Origin: Parcubacteria group bacterium Greene0416_36
GTDB taxonomy: Bacteria; Patescibacteriota; Patescibacteriia; VMEV01
Length of the DNA: 64,000 bases
Direction: 5' to 3'
Assembly (NCBI GenBank): GCA_007375725.1
Contig: VMEV01000007.1
Location: forward strand, 22,895 to 86,894
Shown here: one piece after another, positions 38,985 to 48,209 of the stretch
Numbering within the stretch: position 1 is the first letter of the stretch
How the letters are laid out: each line of letters begins with the position of its first letter
The notes under the pieces: model-generated
What the model was told of the DNA's origin: nothing
Database searches by the model: none
What the model saw: only the letters and a program-made list of their open reading frames with translations
Made by a program: the position numbers and the translations under genes

Positions 38985-40859
38985 TTATTTGGATTTTGAA
39001 ATATAACTCTTCAATCCTCCCCTCTTGCATCCCAATTTTTCGGCCTTTTCAAAATAGATAAAAGCCTCCCTCTTATTGCCTTGATAGAAATAAGAAATCC
39101 CCTTCAAGAAAAAACAATCCGAGATATAAGGCTTACAAAGAATATCACTTCCATGCTTATGCAATATAGAATCTAAAATAACATGAGCGTCATTAAATTT
39201 CTCAAGCCAGATAAAAAATAACCCCGTATACAAATCAGACAGAACGCTCATTTTCTTTTCTGATTGTTTCAAAAAGCCAAGGGCATTATTCTCACATGTT
39301 TTGGCCTCTTTTTGCGCACCTTCTTTCTTACTTATCTCATCTTTCAACTGCGCGATCAAAGCCACATTTACTTGGTTCTTCTTATTGAGCTCCAGCAAGA
39401 CTTTCCCTTTCGCCAAGACTTCTTTCTCCGCTTGAATTCTCGCTTTCTCAGCAATCTCGCGATATTTCACTTCTTCCATCCTCGAATTCTCTGCCTGTTT
39501 CCGTGCCAATCGAGCTTCTTCCAAAGCGACGAAGGTTTTCCTGACTTCATCCTCAGCTCTTTGTTGTTCTTGCTCGGCTAAGGATTGGCTTTTCATGGCT
39601 AAATCTCTCGATGACATGGCGCTGCTTCTTTGGGATAAAGCTTCTGTTTTCGCTTCCATGGCGGTTTGTCTTTCTTCTTCCGCCAGCAGTAGCGCCTGTT
39701 GCAAAGATTGTTCCGCTGACTGGGCACGAGATTTTTCCGTATTCAAACGAACCAAGAAATACGAACCTGCCCCTAAAATGAAGATAGATAAAAACAAAAT
39801 AAACCGAGCTAAAATAGGACTTTTTCGAAACCCGCGATCCATTTTTTCATAAACCAGACGTATCAGAGTTTTTGGAGAAGCGACCACGGTTTCCCCGGAA
39901 AGGTAACGTTCCAAATCCTGCTCGAATTCTTTGGCGGTTTGGTAGCGTAATGCCGGATTTTTCTCCATCGCTTTCCTACAGATATTTTCCAAATCTTTCG
40001 GAACATGAGGATTCAAATCGCTCGATTTTTTTGGACTTGCCTCCAAAATCTGAACAAAAAGCTCAACCGTACTGTTTCCAGCAAAAGGACACGTTCCACA
40101 GATAAGTTCGTACAAAGTGGCTCCCACGGAATAAATATCTGCTCGGCAGTCAACTCCTGAACTGTTGCTCACCTGTTCCGGAGACATATATAAAGGAGTC
40201 CCCATGATATAGCCCGCTGCAGTCAGCCTTTGCTTTGCCTTCTCATCTTTTGCGAGTCCGAAATCCATCAATTTGGGCACACCCTGTTTCGTCAACATTA
40301 TATTGGCGGGTTTTATATCGCGATGAATAACGCCATTGATATGCGCGTAATGCAAGGCATCCAAAACTCCCACAATCCAGTGAACTCTTTGATTAATTGC
40401 TTGTACATCAAGCCGAATAGCGGAATTACTCATTTCCGCAAGATTTTTCCCTTCAATATATTCCATGGCGATAAATAAATTATCATCGCTTTCTTTGCAG
40501 GAATATACCCCGACAATATTCGGATGCTGAAGCCTGGCTAAAAATTGCGCTTCTTTTTTGAGCCGAGCGACATCTTCAGGCGAACAATCTTTCATCGAAA
40601 GAAGCATTTTTAAAGCCACTACTCGATCTAAACTCGGATCCAAAGCCTTATAAATGGTGCCCATGCCGCCTTGCCCAATCTTTTTGACATCCTTAAATCC
40701 AAAAAATAAATTCTGAATCTGCTGTGTCTTTCCCTGAATAAATGAATCAGTTTCTCCGGGCTTCGTATCCGAAGCCGAATCCTCCCGATATTTCCCGCCG
40801 ACAATGAGAATTGTTTCTTGCCCGGCTGATTGTACTTCCGATTTCTTATTTTGTTTCAC
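38985..40859 (-). CDS. Hanks-type Ser/Thr protein kinase with TM, coiled coil and TPR
   Basis: IGQGGMGTIY, VALK, HRDIKPAN, DFGLAK, GTPLYMSPEQ, DIYSVG; GTG start with AAGGAG RBS. Confidence 0.93.
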   Translation of the reverse strand: MKQNKKSEVQSAGQETILIVGGKYREDSASDTKPGETDSFIQGKTQQIQNLFFGFKDVKKIGQGGMGTIYKALDPSLDRVVALKMLLSMKDCSPEDVARLKKEAQFLARLQHPNIVGVYSCKESDDNLFIAMEYIEGKNLAEMSNSAIRLDVQAINQRVHWIVGVLDALHYAHINGVIHRDIKPANIMLTKQGVPKLMDFGLAKDEKAKQRLTAAGYIMGTPLYMSPEQVSNSSGVDCRADIYSVGATLYELICGTCPFAGNSTVELFVQILEASPKKSSDLNPHVPKDLENICRKAMEKNPALRYQTAKEFEQDLERYLSGETVVASPKTLIRLVYEKMDRGFRKSPILARFILFLSIFILGAGSYFLVRLNTEKSRAQSAEQSLQQALLLAEEERQTAMEAKTEALSQRSSAMSSRDLAMKSQSLAEQEQQRAEDEVRKTFVALEEARLARKQAENSRMEEVKYREIAEKARIQAEKEVLAKGKVLLELNKKNQVNVALIAQLKDEISKKEGAQKEAKTCENNALGFLKQSEKKMSVLSDLYTGLFFIWLEKFNDAHVILDSILHKHGSDILCKPYISDCFFLKGISYFYQGNKREAFIYFEKAEKLGCKRGGLKSYISKSK

Positions 40860-40963
40860 GCTGAAACTCCTTGCATATGTGAAAAGAACTCGTCTATTTG
40901 CGCCATTTCACACGAAATGACTAGACTCAAATTTATAGCTGGTTTTCTTCAAAAAAGCAATGA

Positions 40964-41974
40964 TCACTCCCGCCCCATCCCCTCCCCAATCGCCTCCCAA
41001 ATCTCGGGATGTCCATTTTCTTTGGCCCAATAAGCCCATTCCATGCCCCAGAGATAGACGGGAGACGCTCCGGATTTTGAAGCAAAATCCATGCGGGAAC
41101 GAATAAAAATCTCATTGGATAAAGAGAGCTGTTCTTGGGTGGAAGTTTCCGAAATCGATTTGGTAAACCACGGCTCGATTTGAAGCTCGGAAGCGAAAAT
41201 ATTTTTCCCGAATAAGCTTTTGAACAAAGAAATACGGTCTTTGTAAAACCAAACCGGAAAAGGATAATGCACGTATCCCCACCTAGGATTCGCGGTTACA
41301 AAATATTCATTGATCCCCACCTCATCGCCAAAAATTCCGGCTAAAAACCACAGAGAAAATTCTCCCGTGTCGGTGACAAATACTTTTCTGGAAGAATCCA
41401 AGGTGCGAACTAAAGAGATCTCGTCGGACAAATTGCCGAGAGAATAATAATTCTTGCAGTCGCCAAACGGAAAAAACGGCTCATTCTCCACCTGCCAGGC
41501 AAAGACAGCCGGGTTATCCCGATACCGCTCCACCGTCGCCGCGACATAAGCCATGACCGAGGCCTGCATTTCCTTCTTGGATAGCGGTCGGGCCCACTCC
41601 GGCTCCTGACACTCCGGCCAACGAGGGAGCTTCCTCCCCACCGCGAGCAAAACCTTCCGCCCCTTCATCCCAGCCTCATTCACCAGCCAATCCAGCCGTG
41701 AGAAATCGAACACTCCCGGCTCCGGTTCCACTAGATCCCAAGTCGCCGAGAGACGCACATACTCCAGATCCGGAAAATCCTCCAGCATCGCCAAATAACC
41801 GGATTGCCAATCAATCCCGATCTCATCGGCATACTTCTCGGAAAAATTAAAACCCCATCTCGTCTCCGGATTAACCTCAAGATTTTTTCGAAATATAAAA
41901 GACCCCACGAACCACATCGTGATTACCGTAACAAAAAATAATAAGATACCAAGAATGAAGAAACGAAGACGCAT
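40964..41974 (-). CDS. Clan GH-A glycoside hydrolase (GH5/GH42-like), membrane anchored
   Basis: VRLSATWDLVEPEPGVFDF, WQVENEP acid/base motif, SELQ nucleophile motif. Confidence 0.82.
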   Translation of the reverse strand: MRLRFFILGILLFFVTVITMWFVGSFIFRKNLEVNPETRWGFNFSEKYADEIGIDWQSGYLAMLEDFPDLEYVRLSATWDLVEPEPGVFDFSRLDWLVNEAGMKGRKVLLAVGRKLPRWPECQEPEWARPLSKKEMQASVMAYVAATVERYRDNPAVFAWQVENEPFFPFGDCKNYYSLGNLSDEISLVRTLDSSRKVFVTDTGEFSLWFLAGIFGDEVGINEYFVTANPRWGYVHYPFPVWFYKDRISLFKSLFGKNIFASELQIEPWFTKSISETSTQEQLSLSNEIFIRSRMDFASKSGASPVYLWGMEWAYWAKENGHPEIWEAIGEGMGRE

Positions 41975-42007
41975 AGACGGTGTCACTTTCTGCTATAATT
42001 ATCCCAT

Positions 42008-43315
42008 ATGAACACCAAAACAAAAAATACAGGGGCTGCCTGGATCATTTCGGCCTCTATGGGTTATGGACATGAAAGAACCGCGCATAATCTGCGGCAC
42101 TTAGCGCCCGACCAGGCGATTATCAATGCCAATGACTATCCCGATATCCCCGAATCCGACGCGCAGAAATGGACCAATGACCGGAGAGGTTATGAAGCCA
42201 TTTCTCGAATAAAAAAAATCCCCCTTGTGGGAGACGCCATCTTCGGGAGCATGGACCATCTCCAAAAAATCGACACCTTCTACCCGCAGAGGGACCAAAG
42301 CGCGCCCAATCTCATACTACGACACATCTACCATCGTCTCTACGGCGGATGGAACAAAGCCCTGATTCAGAAACTCTCGAATAATCCCCTGCCCATGATC
42401 TGCACCTTTTTTACTCCCGCCTTTGCCGCGGAGGTATGGAAGTATCCGGGCGATATTTACTGCATCGTGACGGATTCGGACATGGCCCGCCACTGGGTCC
42501 CCCTCGAGCCCATTACCAGCCGTATCCAGTATCTCGCCCCCACCGACCGAGTCGCCGAAAGACTCCGGCTCTATGGAGTACAGGAAAAAAATATCCACCT
42601 CGTGGGTTACCCCTTGCCCCAAGATAATATTGGGGGGAAAAGTGAAAAAAGCCTCAAGCGAGACCTAGGCTCGAGATTATTCAACCTCGACCCCGAACAA
42701 GCCTTCCTCTCCAAATACCAGCACACTCTCCGATTCCACATCGGGGAGCAGTATCTTTTTAATCCGCCGGCACGGCCCATGACCATTCTCTATTCCGTCG
42801 GCGGCGCGGGCGCACAAAAAGAAATGGGACTCCAAATTGCAAAATCCTTAGAAGCAGATATCAAAGCCGGAAAAATCCAGCTCGTTCTCTCCGCAGGAAA
42901 TCGAAAAGAGATTGCCGAGTATTACCACGACAACCTCAAACACATGTCTTTCTATTCCCATTTGGGGCGGCACATCCACATCCTCTACCACGAATCCAAA
43001 CACGAATACTTCACCCTCTTCAATGAGTGGATGAGAAAAGTCGATATCCTCTGGACCAAGCCCTCCGAACTCTCTTTTTATGCCGGCCTCGGCATTCCCA
43101 TCCTCATGGCCCCCTCTCTCGGCACCCAAGAAGACGCCAACCGCAGATGGTTGAAAGCCATTGGAGCGGGCATCACCCCCGAAGACGTCCAGTACACCCA
43201 CCTCTGGCTCTGGGACTGGCTCCGCGCCGGCTACCTCGCCAAAGCCGCATTTGAAGGGTTCCTCTACGCCCCGAAGATGGGGGTTTATGAGATAGAGAAG
43301 ATGATTCAGAAGTAA
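42008..43315 (+). CDS. GT-B fold glycosyltransferase-like protein (MGDG-synthase/MurG-like)
   Basis: ASMGYGHERTA, VTDSD, GGAG, WTKPSELSFY, QEDAN. Confidence 0.7.
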   Translation: MNTKTKNTGAAWIISASMGYGHERTAHNLRHLAPDQAIINANDYPDIPESDAQKWTNDRRGYEAISRIKKIPLVGDAIFGSMDHLQKIDTFYPQRDQSAPNLILRHIYHRLYGGWNKALIQKLSNNPLPMICTFFTPAFAAEVWKYPGDIYCIVTDSDMARHWVPLEPITSRIQYLAPTDRVAERLRLYGVQEKNIHLVGYPLPQDNIGGKSEKSLKRDLGSRLFNLDPEQAFLSKYQHTLRFHIGEQYLFNPPARPMTILYSVGGAGAQKEMGLQIAKSLEADIKAGKIQLVLSAGNRKEIAEYYHDNLKHMSFYSHLGRHIHILYHESKHEYFTLFNEWMRKVDILWTKPSELSFYAGLGIPILMAPSLGTQEDANRRWLKAIGAGITPEDVQYTHLWLWDWLRAGYLAKAAFEGFLYAPKMGVYEIEKMIQK

Positions 43316-43346
43316 AGAGGCCAAGAAAAAATTTTATTAATGGATT

Positions 43347-44525
43347 CTACAAATCCATGGCCAAAATCAAATCAGTAGTCGTAGAATGTTCGCGACTTAT
43401 CACATAAAATTTTTCAATCCGCAATGGCTTCGATAAAAAAGCTAGATTTTTTTGGTCTCGAAAATCAGCTCGAACTTTTACTTCAAAAGCAAATTTTTTA
43501 TTTAGAATGAAATCAATTTCTTTTTTCCCTTTCGTATAATAAGCCAATTCACCATAAGGCTTCAATTGATTATACACGCTATTTTCCAGAAGAATTCCTG
43601 GATCGGGCTGATATAAATGACCTAAAAGGCCATTATCGCAAAAATAAACTTTTTTGGCTCCGCGTATTACGCGATCCATATTGTGAGAAAAAGAAGGCAA
43701 AAGAAAGACAAAGTAAGTCTCCTTCAAAAAATAAATATATTCATAAATAGTCTGGCGACTCACCCCCAACTCCTTGGCTAACTTTGAGACATCGAGCCGT
43801 GAGCCAACCCTCGAGGCCAATAAAGCAATGAGATCTCGAAACACGGCAATTTTTTTAAAATCGGTCAGGGAGCGAACATCTTTTTCGAAATAAGATGTAA
43901 AAATTTCACCTAAAATCTGTTTTTTTCGCTCAATAACAGACTCCAGTACAACCTGAGGAAATCCGCCATAAGAGAGATATTCTTCATATATGCCACGATA
44001 TTGCTCGAGAATAAAATCGCTTCCATTTTTAACTTTGTCATCAAAATTGCTATGAAAAATCTTTTCACGCCCCCTGAATATTAAAAATTCATTGAAAGTA
44101 AGAGGAAAAAGTTCATACACCATTTTCCTGCCAGCCAAGGATTCCGGAAATAAATTTTTCAAATAAAATGAAGCCGAACCCGTTACAAAAAACTTGATTT
44201 TATAATGATCATGAAGATATTTAATTGCCCTAACAATGCTCGGCATGACCTGAATTTCATCTAAAAAAAGAAACATCCGCTCCTCAGGGAGAAGGCCCAG
44301 ACTGCGCAAATTAGATAGAATATTATCAAAATTCGTTTCCTCAAAAAATTTCTGGTTTAAAGGATTTTCCAAGTCTAAAAAAACCTTATTTTTACTCTCT
44401 ATTTTATCAAAAACAGCTCGCAATAAAGTGGTTTTGCCCGATCGCCTCATCCCGGTAAGAACAATGATATAATCGCTTGTTATTTCTTTTTCCAATTGGG
44501 GCTGTAAATTTCGTGTAAAAATCAT
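43347..44525 (-). CDS. AAA+ ATPase (AAA_14 + DUF4143)
   Basis: GMRRSGKTT, LFLDEIQ, TGSAS, ESLAGR, YGGFP, KKVYFCDNG, EIDF..EVK. Confidence 0.92.
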   Translation of the reverse strand: MIFTRNLQPQLEKEITSDYIIVLTGMRRSGKTTLLRAVFDKIESKNKVFLDLENPLNQKFFEETNFDNILSNLRSLGLLPEERMFLFLDEIQVMPSIVRAIKYLHDHYKIKFFVTGSASFYLKNLFPESLAGRKMVYELFPLTFNEFLIFRGREKIFHSNFDDKVKNGSDFILEQYRGIYEEYLSYGGFPQVVLESVIERKKQILGEIFTSYFEKDVRSLTDFKKIAVFRDLIALLASRVGSRLDVSKLAKELGVSRQTIYEYIYFLKETYFVFLLPSFSHNMDRVIRGAKKVYFCDNGLLGHLYQPDPGILLENSVYNQLKPYGELAYYTKGKKEIDFILNKKFAFEVKVRADFRDQKNLAFLSKPLRIEKFYVISREHSTTTDLILAMDL

Positions 44526-44613
44526 ATTTTTTTCTCAATTTAAACAGTTTATCTAGATAGAGCTTACATAAAATACTGTTTTATGTCCAGTAGCACTAGA
44601 CAGATTGAGCTAT

Positions 44614-44685
44614 TCCCCCTTGTCAAAAGGAGACTACGTGTCTGCCATAACCTTTGAGGCGAAGGCGGAAGGAGGATTTGTTGTT
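44614..44685. repeat. CCCCCTTGTCAAAAGG family repeat with inserted GGCGAAGGCGGA element
   Basis: Reverse-orientation relative of the 9335 and 24605 elements. Confidence 0.7.
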
Positions 44686-44771
44686 AAGCTATTTTCAAAA
44701 GGCTTTTAATTGATAATGGCTTATTTAAATTTGGTATTACAATTCTGCCAGCCAGATTTTATATACAAAAA

Positions 44772-44791
44772 ACCCTTGGATTTCCAAGGGT
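44772..44791 (-). terminator. Hairpin downstream of the putative DGR target (terminator and/or DGR cis hairpin)
   Basis: ACCCTTGGA-AA-TCCAAGGGT followed by a T run on the minus strand. Confidence 0.65.
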
Positions 44792-44841
44792 CAAAGTTCC
44801 AAAGAGACAAAGCGTCTAAACAACCTTTCAAAAAGACCAAG

Positions 44842-45513
44842 TTACAGTTGCGGAAAAATGAAGCGATGTACACTGCTTCCGCGCCATACAAGGTCATACC
44901 CGAACTCGTAGACGTTCACAAACAAAGCACCATCCGAGCTCCCACGCACGCGCACGACGAAGAATTTTTCTTTCTCTTTTATGAGAAAAAAAAGTCCTTC
45001 TGGATTTGAAAGAAGTCTTCGATTTCCCCTCACAAATTCCGGAATCTGTGCTTGGGTGGAACACAGACAATCTTTATCTTTGTTGAAACTAGCAAAAATC
45101 TGATCAAAGGTCCCATCCTTAACTAGTTTTCCCACACAGAATTTCGCCTTTTCAGTGGCAACCGAGGGTTGGTTAAGTTTCCATTCTTCAAAACAAGAAT
45201 CGATCCTTTGAAACACCTCGCGAGATTCGAGGATTATCTTCTTTCCATCGCAAGCTGGGATAACAATACCCCTCTCTATTACTTCGATGAATTCGGAAAT
45301 CTTTTGCGATTTCGTATCCTTCTTTTCAGGGATCATGAGATCAAAGGCATTAGCAAGTATTCCTTCCAAAGCCTTCTCTCCTTTTTCCAACACTACGATT
45401 GCCTCTTGAAAGGACATCTCTTTCATTTTTTGAGGTACTGCTCTTTGGATAATCGAGCTTATTTTGTCCAAAAATTGATCTCCCTCACAGACTTTCCAAT
45501 TATCATTTATCAT
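44842..45513 (-). CDS. Hypothetical protein; probable DGR target with VR-like C-terminus
   Basis: Ends FFVVRVRGSSDGALFVNVYEFGYDLVWRGSSVHRFIFPQL; NNY codons at presumed variable positions. Confidence 0.7.
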   Translation of the reverse strand: MINDNWKVCEGDQFLDKISSIIQRAVPQKMKEMSFQEAIVVLEKGEKALEGILANAFDLMIPEKKDTKSQKISEFIEVIERGIVIPACDGKKIILESREVFQRIDSCFEEWKLNQPSVATEKAKFCVGKLVKDGTFDQIFASFNKDKDCLCSTQAQIPEFVRGNRRLLSNPEGLFFLIKEKEKFFVVRVRGSSDGALFVNVYEFGYDLVWRGSSVHRFIFPQL

Positions 45514-45669
45514 GACCGTTGTCGCTTTCTTTTATTCTGAACCCAAAATACACGCAAACACAATATACTGGATGTATTTTTGGCTTCGATATATTAAAAA
45601 ATAACTGTCAAATATATACCACACCACAACGTAGATGTCAAATAAAATCCCAGTATTCCCCTAAGCTTA

Positions 45670-45715
45670 GCTAAAATCGTAAGGGCGTATTGCAATACGC
45701 CCTTACGATTTTAGC
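45670..45715. repeat. GTAAGGGCG REP palindrome
   Basis: Perfect palindrome GCTAAAATCGTAAGGGCGTATTGCAATACGCCCTTACGATTTTAGC. Confidence 0.85.
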
Positions 45716-45782
45716 GGGTAGCTTGCCTTTTCCCCCCATTTCCATTAAATTAAAAACGTAAAAGTCTTTATTTTCATTTAAC

Positions 45783-45932
45783 TCCAGGGAATCACCCTGG
45801 AACTTCTAAGGGGTTCTCGCTTCGGAAGAGGCCGGAACATTAGAGGTTAAAACCATTTGATACTGAAATTGGGTTATCGGAAGATAATCCGGTTCAACAT
45901 CAAAACAGCCTTCCCGACACACGGGAGACTGA
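45783..45932 (+). promoter_or_regulatory. Structured 5' leader of rpsA (four hairpins)
   Basis: CCAGGG/CCCTGG; AACTTCTAA/TTAGAGGTT; TTTGAT..GGGTTATC-GGAA-GATAATCC..ATCAAA; TCCCG/CGGGA. Confidence 0.6.
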
Positions 45933-45944
45933 ATTTTTATTTAT

Positions 45945-47039
45945 ATGGCAGAACCAAAAATCTTTTCCTCCATGGAGGAAGTCATGAAAGATGAAAGTTT
46001 TTTTCAAATCCCCAAGGTCGGAGATATCGTCAAAGGAAAAGTCATTTCCGCATCCAAAAATGAAGTGCATATGGACATTGACGGTTTTCGAACCGGTATT
46101 GTCCGCGGATATGAAGTATTCGACGAATCCGGAGAATATTCCGATCTCACCGTCGGATCCGACGCCGAAGCCACCGTTCTCGAACTCGAAAATGAAAACG
46201 GCGAGATGGAACTCTCCTTCCTCAAAGCCGGACACCGAAAAGCATGGTCGCGCCTCGACGAAACCTTCAAAAAACGCGAAATCGTCCGCGTCAAAATCAC
46301 CAATGCCAACAAAGGCGGACTCATGGCTAAATACGGCAAAATCGTCGGATTCTTGCCTGTTTCTCAGCTCACGGCCGAGCACTATCCTCGCGTGGATGGC
46401 GGAGACAAGAGCAAGATTCTCGAAAAATTGAACAAACTCATCAATCAGGATCTCGAAGTCAAAATCATCGACGTATCCGAAACCGATGAAAAACTGATCT
46501 TCTCCGAAAAAGCCGCTTGGGAAGAGCGACAGCACAGCACCATCTCCAAATATAAAGTGGGAGACAATGTCGAAGGGAAAGTCAGCGGCATCGTGGATTT
46601 CGGAGTATTCGTCAAATTCGACGAAGGACTTGAGGGACTGGTCCACATCTCCGAACTCGCCTGGCAGCGCATCGACAATCCTCACGATATTCTCAAACTC
46701 GGAGACCGCATCAAGGCCGAAATCATCAATATCGAAGGATCCAAGATTTCCCTGTCAATCAAGAAACTCCAAGTGGATCCATGGAAAGAAGCGTCCAAAA
46801 AATACAAAGTAAGCCAAATGATTCAAGGAAAGGTCCTAAAAATCAACCCATTCGGACTCTTCGTCGAAGTGGACAAAGACATCCATGGACTGGCCCATGT
46901 ATCCGAACTCAAGAACAAAAAAGACGGCAAAAAACCACTCGCCGAGATCGCCAAAATCGGCGACACCCTCGAATTCAAGATCATCTCCATCGAACCCAAT
47001 GAACATCGCATGGGATTATCACTGAATATCGGGCAATAA
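45945..47039 (+). CDS. rpsA: 30S ribosomal protein S1 (four S1 domains)
   Basis: KVGDIVKGKV, NKGGL..GFLPVSQL, DFGVFV..EGLVHISEL, PFGLFVE..GLAHVSEL. Confidence 0.95.
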   Translation: MAEPKIFSSMEEVMKDESFFQIPKVGDIVKGKVISASKNEVHMDIDGFRTGIVRGYEVFDESGEYSDLTVGSDAEATVLELENENGEMELSFLKAGHRKAWSRLDETFKKREIVRVKITNANKGGLMAKYGKIVGFLPVSQLTAEHYPRVDGGDKSKILEKLNKLINQDLEVKIIDVSETDEKLIFSEKAAWEERQHSTISKYKVGDNVEGKVSGIVDFGVFVKFDEGLEGLVHISELAWQRIDNPHDILKLGDRIKAEIINIEGSKISLSIKKLQVDPWKEASKKYKVSQMIQGKVLKINPFGLFVEVDKDIHGLAHVSELKNKKDGKKPLAEIAKIGDTLEFKIISIEPNEHRMGLSLNIGQ

Positions 47040-47100
47040 AAAAATATCAAAAAAGTAAGGGCGTATTGCAATACGCCCTTACTTTTTTGATATTTTTTTA
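47037..47100. terminator. GTAAGGGCG REP palindrome / bidirectional terminator
   Basis: Long palindrome between convergent rpsA and CAP genes. Confidence 0.85.
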
Positions 47101-47102
47101 AT

Positions 47103-48149
47103 TTAGAACTGCGCCCCGAAATTGAGAACCGAATACAGGTGCCACGGGGTTTCGCTGTCACCCGAGACCAGTCCCGAAGAAAAGCCGATGCCTACTTCCA
47201 AGAAATCCGCGCTCACCATATTTTTGTAGTGGTCCGGACTTGCCTTCCAGTTATTGAATAGGGACTGCACTAATTCGCGGGAGAGTTTGAGACTGCTCCC
47301 ATTGCTTTTGATAATGCCCAGATTTTCGCCCAGATGGGAAAAATTATAATTCTCGGCCAGCACGCGGCTGTCCACATGCGAGCCTTCGCGGGAGACATGA
47401 CTGAACCAATTATTGGCAAGCATATACTCGCCATATTTTTCCGCAGATTTCATCAGGCGGTCATTGAGAGCCAACGGCTTGGCGTCGGGCGGCCCCTCGA
47501 TGGCGCGCAAATCATTCACGAGGCTCAGCAGGAAAAAAACGAATTCCGAATGAGCCGAAAAAATATCGCCAATATCCTCCAAATAAATTCGGTTAGCCAA
47601 AAGATAATTGCGTTCTTCCGCAATAGGAGACCGGCCCAATTGGGCCACAAACGCGCTATCAATCGCGGTCATTCTCTCGTCTCTGGCATTCAGAAATTCC
47701 CGAATTTTCTCAAAAGGAGAGCGCGTCCGCACAAAAAACTCCAGCTCATCCGCCCGCGGTGCCCGGCCGATCAGCTTATTGTACAAATCCGAGAGAGCCA
47801 ATTGCCTTTCCTTAGACTCAAATAGATTTTTTCGAATCAAATTGTTCGGAGCCACGAATTTTTTGAGATTGGTAATCTCATCGGAACGAGGATTTCTCTT
47901 GAGCGCGCTCTGATAAATCCGCACGATGGCCGTATTCCGCTCCTCCACACCATTGAGAATTTTCTTCACGGCCTCTGGAGTGCGTCTAGCCCGCAATTGA
48001 GAATTCAACTCATCAGCAGATGGAAACCGATCCAGCATTTCTTGATACACCACTCGGATTAAATCCGAAGACGATTGTACAGCCAAGACCAAAATCGGAC
48101 TCACAAAAAATAGAAACAAGAAAAATAAGAAAAATAATTTGATACGCAT
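47103..48149 (-). CDS. Secreted protein with DUF4214-like helical repeats and CAP domain
   Basis: Signal peptide; four Y..L.R.P..DE repeats; LVNDLR..FSH..GENLG..WKASPDHYKNM. Confidence 0.85.
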   Translation of the reverse strand: MRIKLFFLFFLFLFFVSPILVLAVQSSSDLIRVVYQEMLDRFPSADELNSQLRARRTPEAVKKILNGVEERNTAIVRIYQSALKRNPRSDEITNLKKFVAPNNLIRKNLFESKERQLALSDLYNKLIGRAPRADELEFFVRTRSPFEKIREFLNARDERMTAIDSAFVAQLGRSPIAEERNYLLANRIYLEDIGDIFSAHSEFVFFLLSLVNDLRAIEGPPDAKPLALNDRLMKSAEKYGEYMLANNWFSHVSREGSHVDSRVLAENYNFSHLGENLGIIKSNGSSLKLSRELVQSLFNNWKASPDHYKNMVSADFLEVGIGFSSGLVSGDSETPWHLYSVLNFGAQF

Positions 48150-48209
48150 AAAACTTGAAAAAAAGCCTAATTTCAGTCTATACTAAAAAAGATATTTTTA
48201 AAACCAAGT

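Noticed and set aside
40852-40867. parS-like TGTTTCACGCTGAAAC at the kinase start
   Set aside because: An extra base breaks the palindrome and it overlaps a start codon; probably chance
44710-45009. 99-aa + strand ORF
   Set aside because: Antisense to the putative DGR target and spans its hairpin
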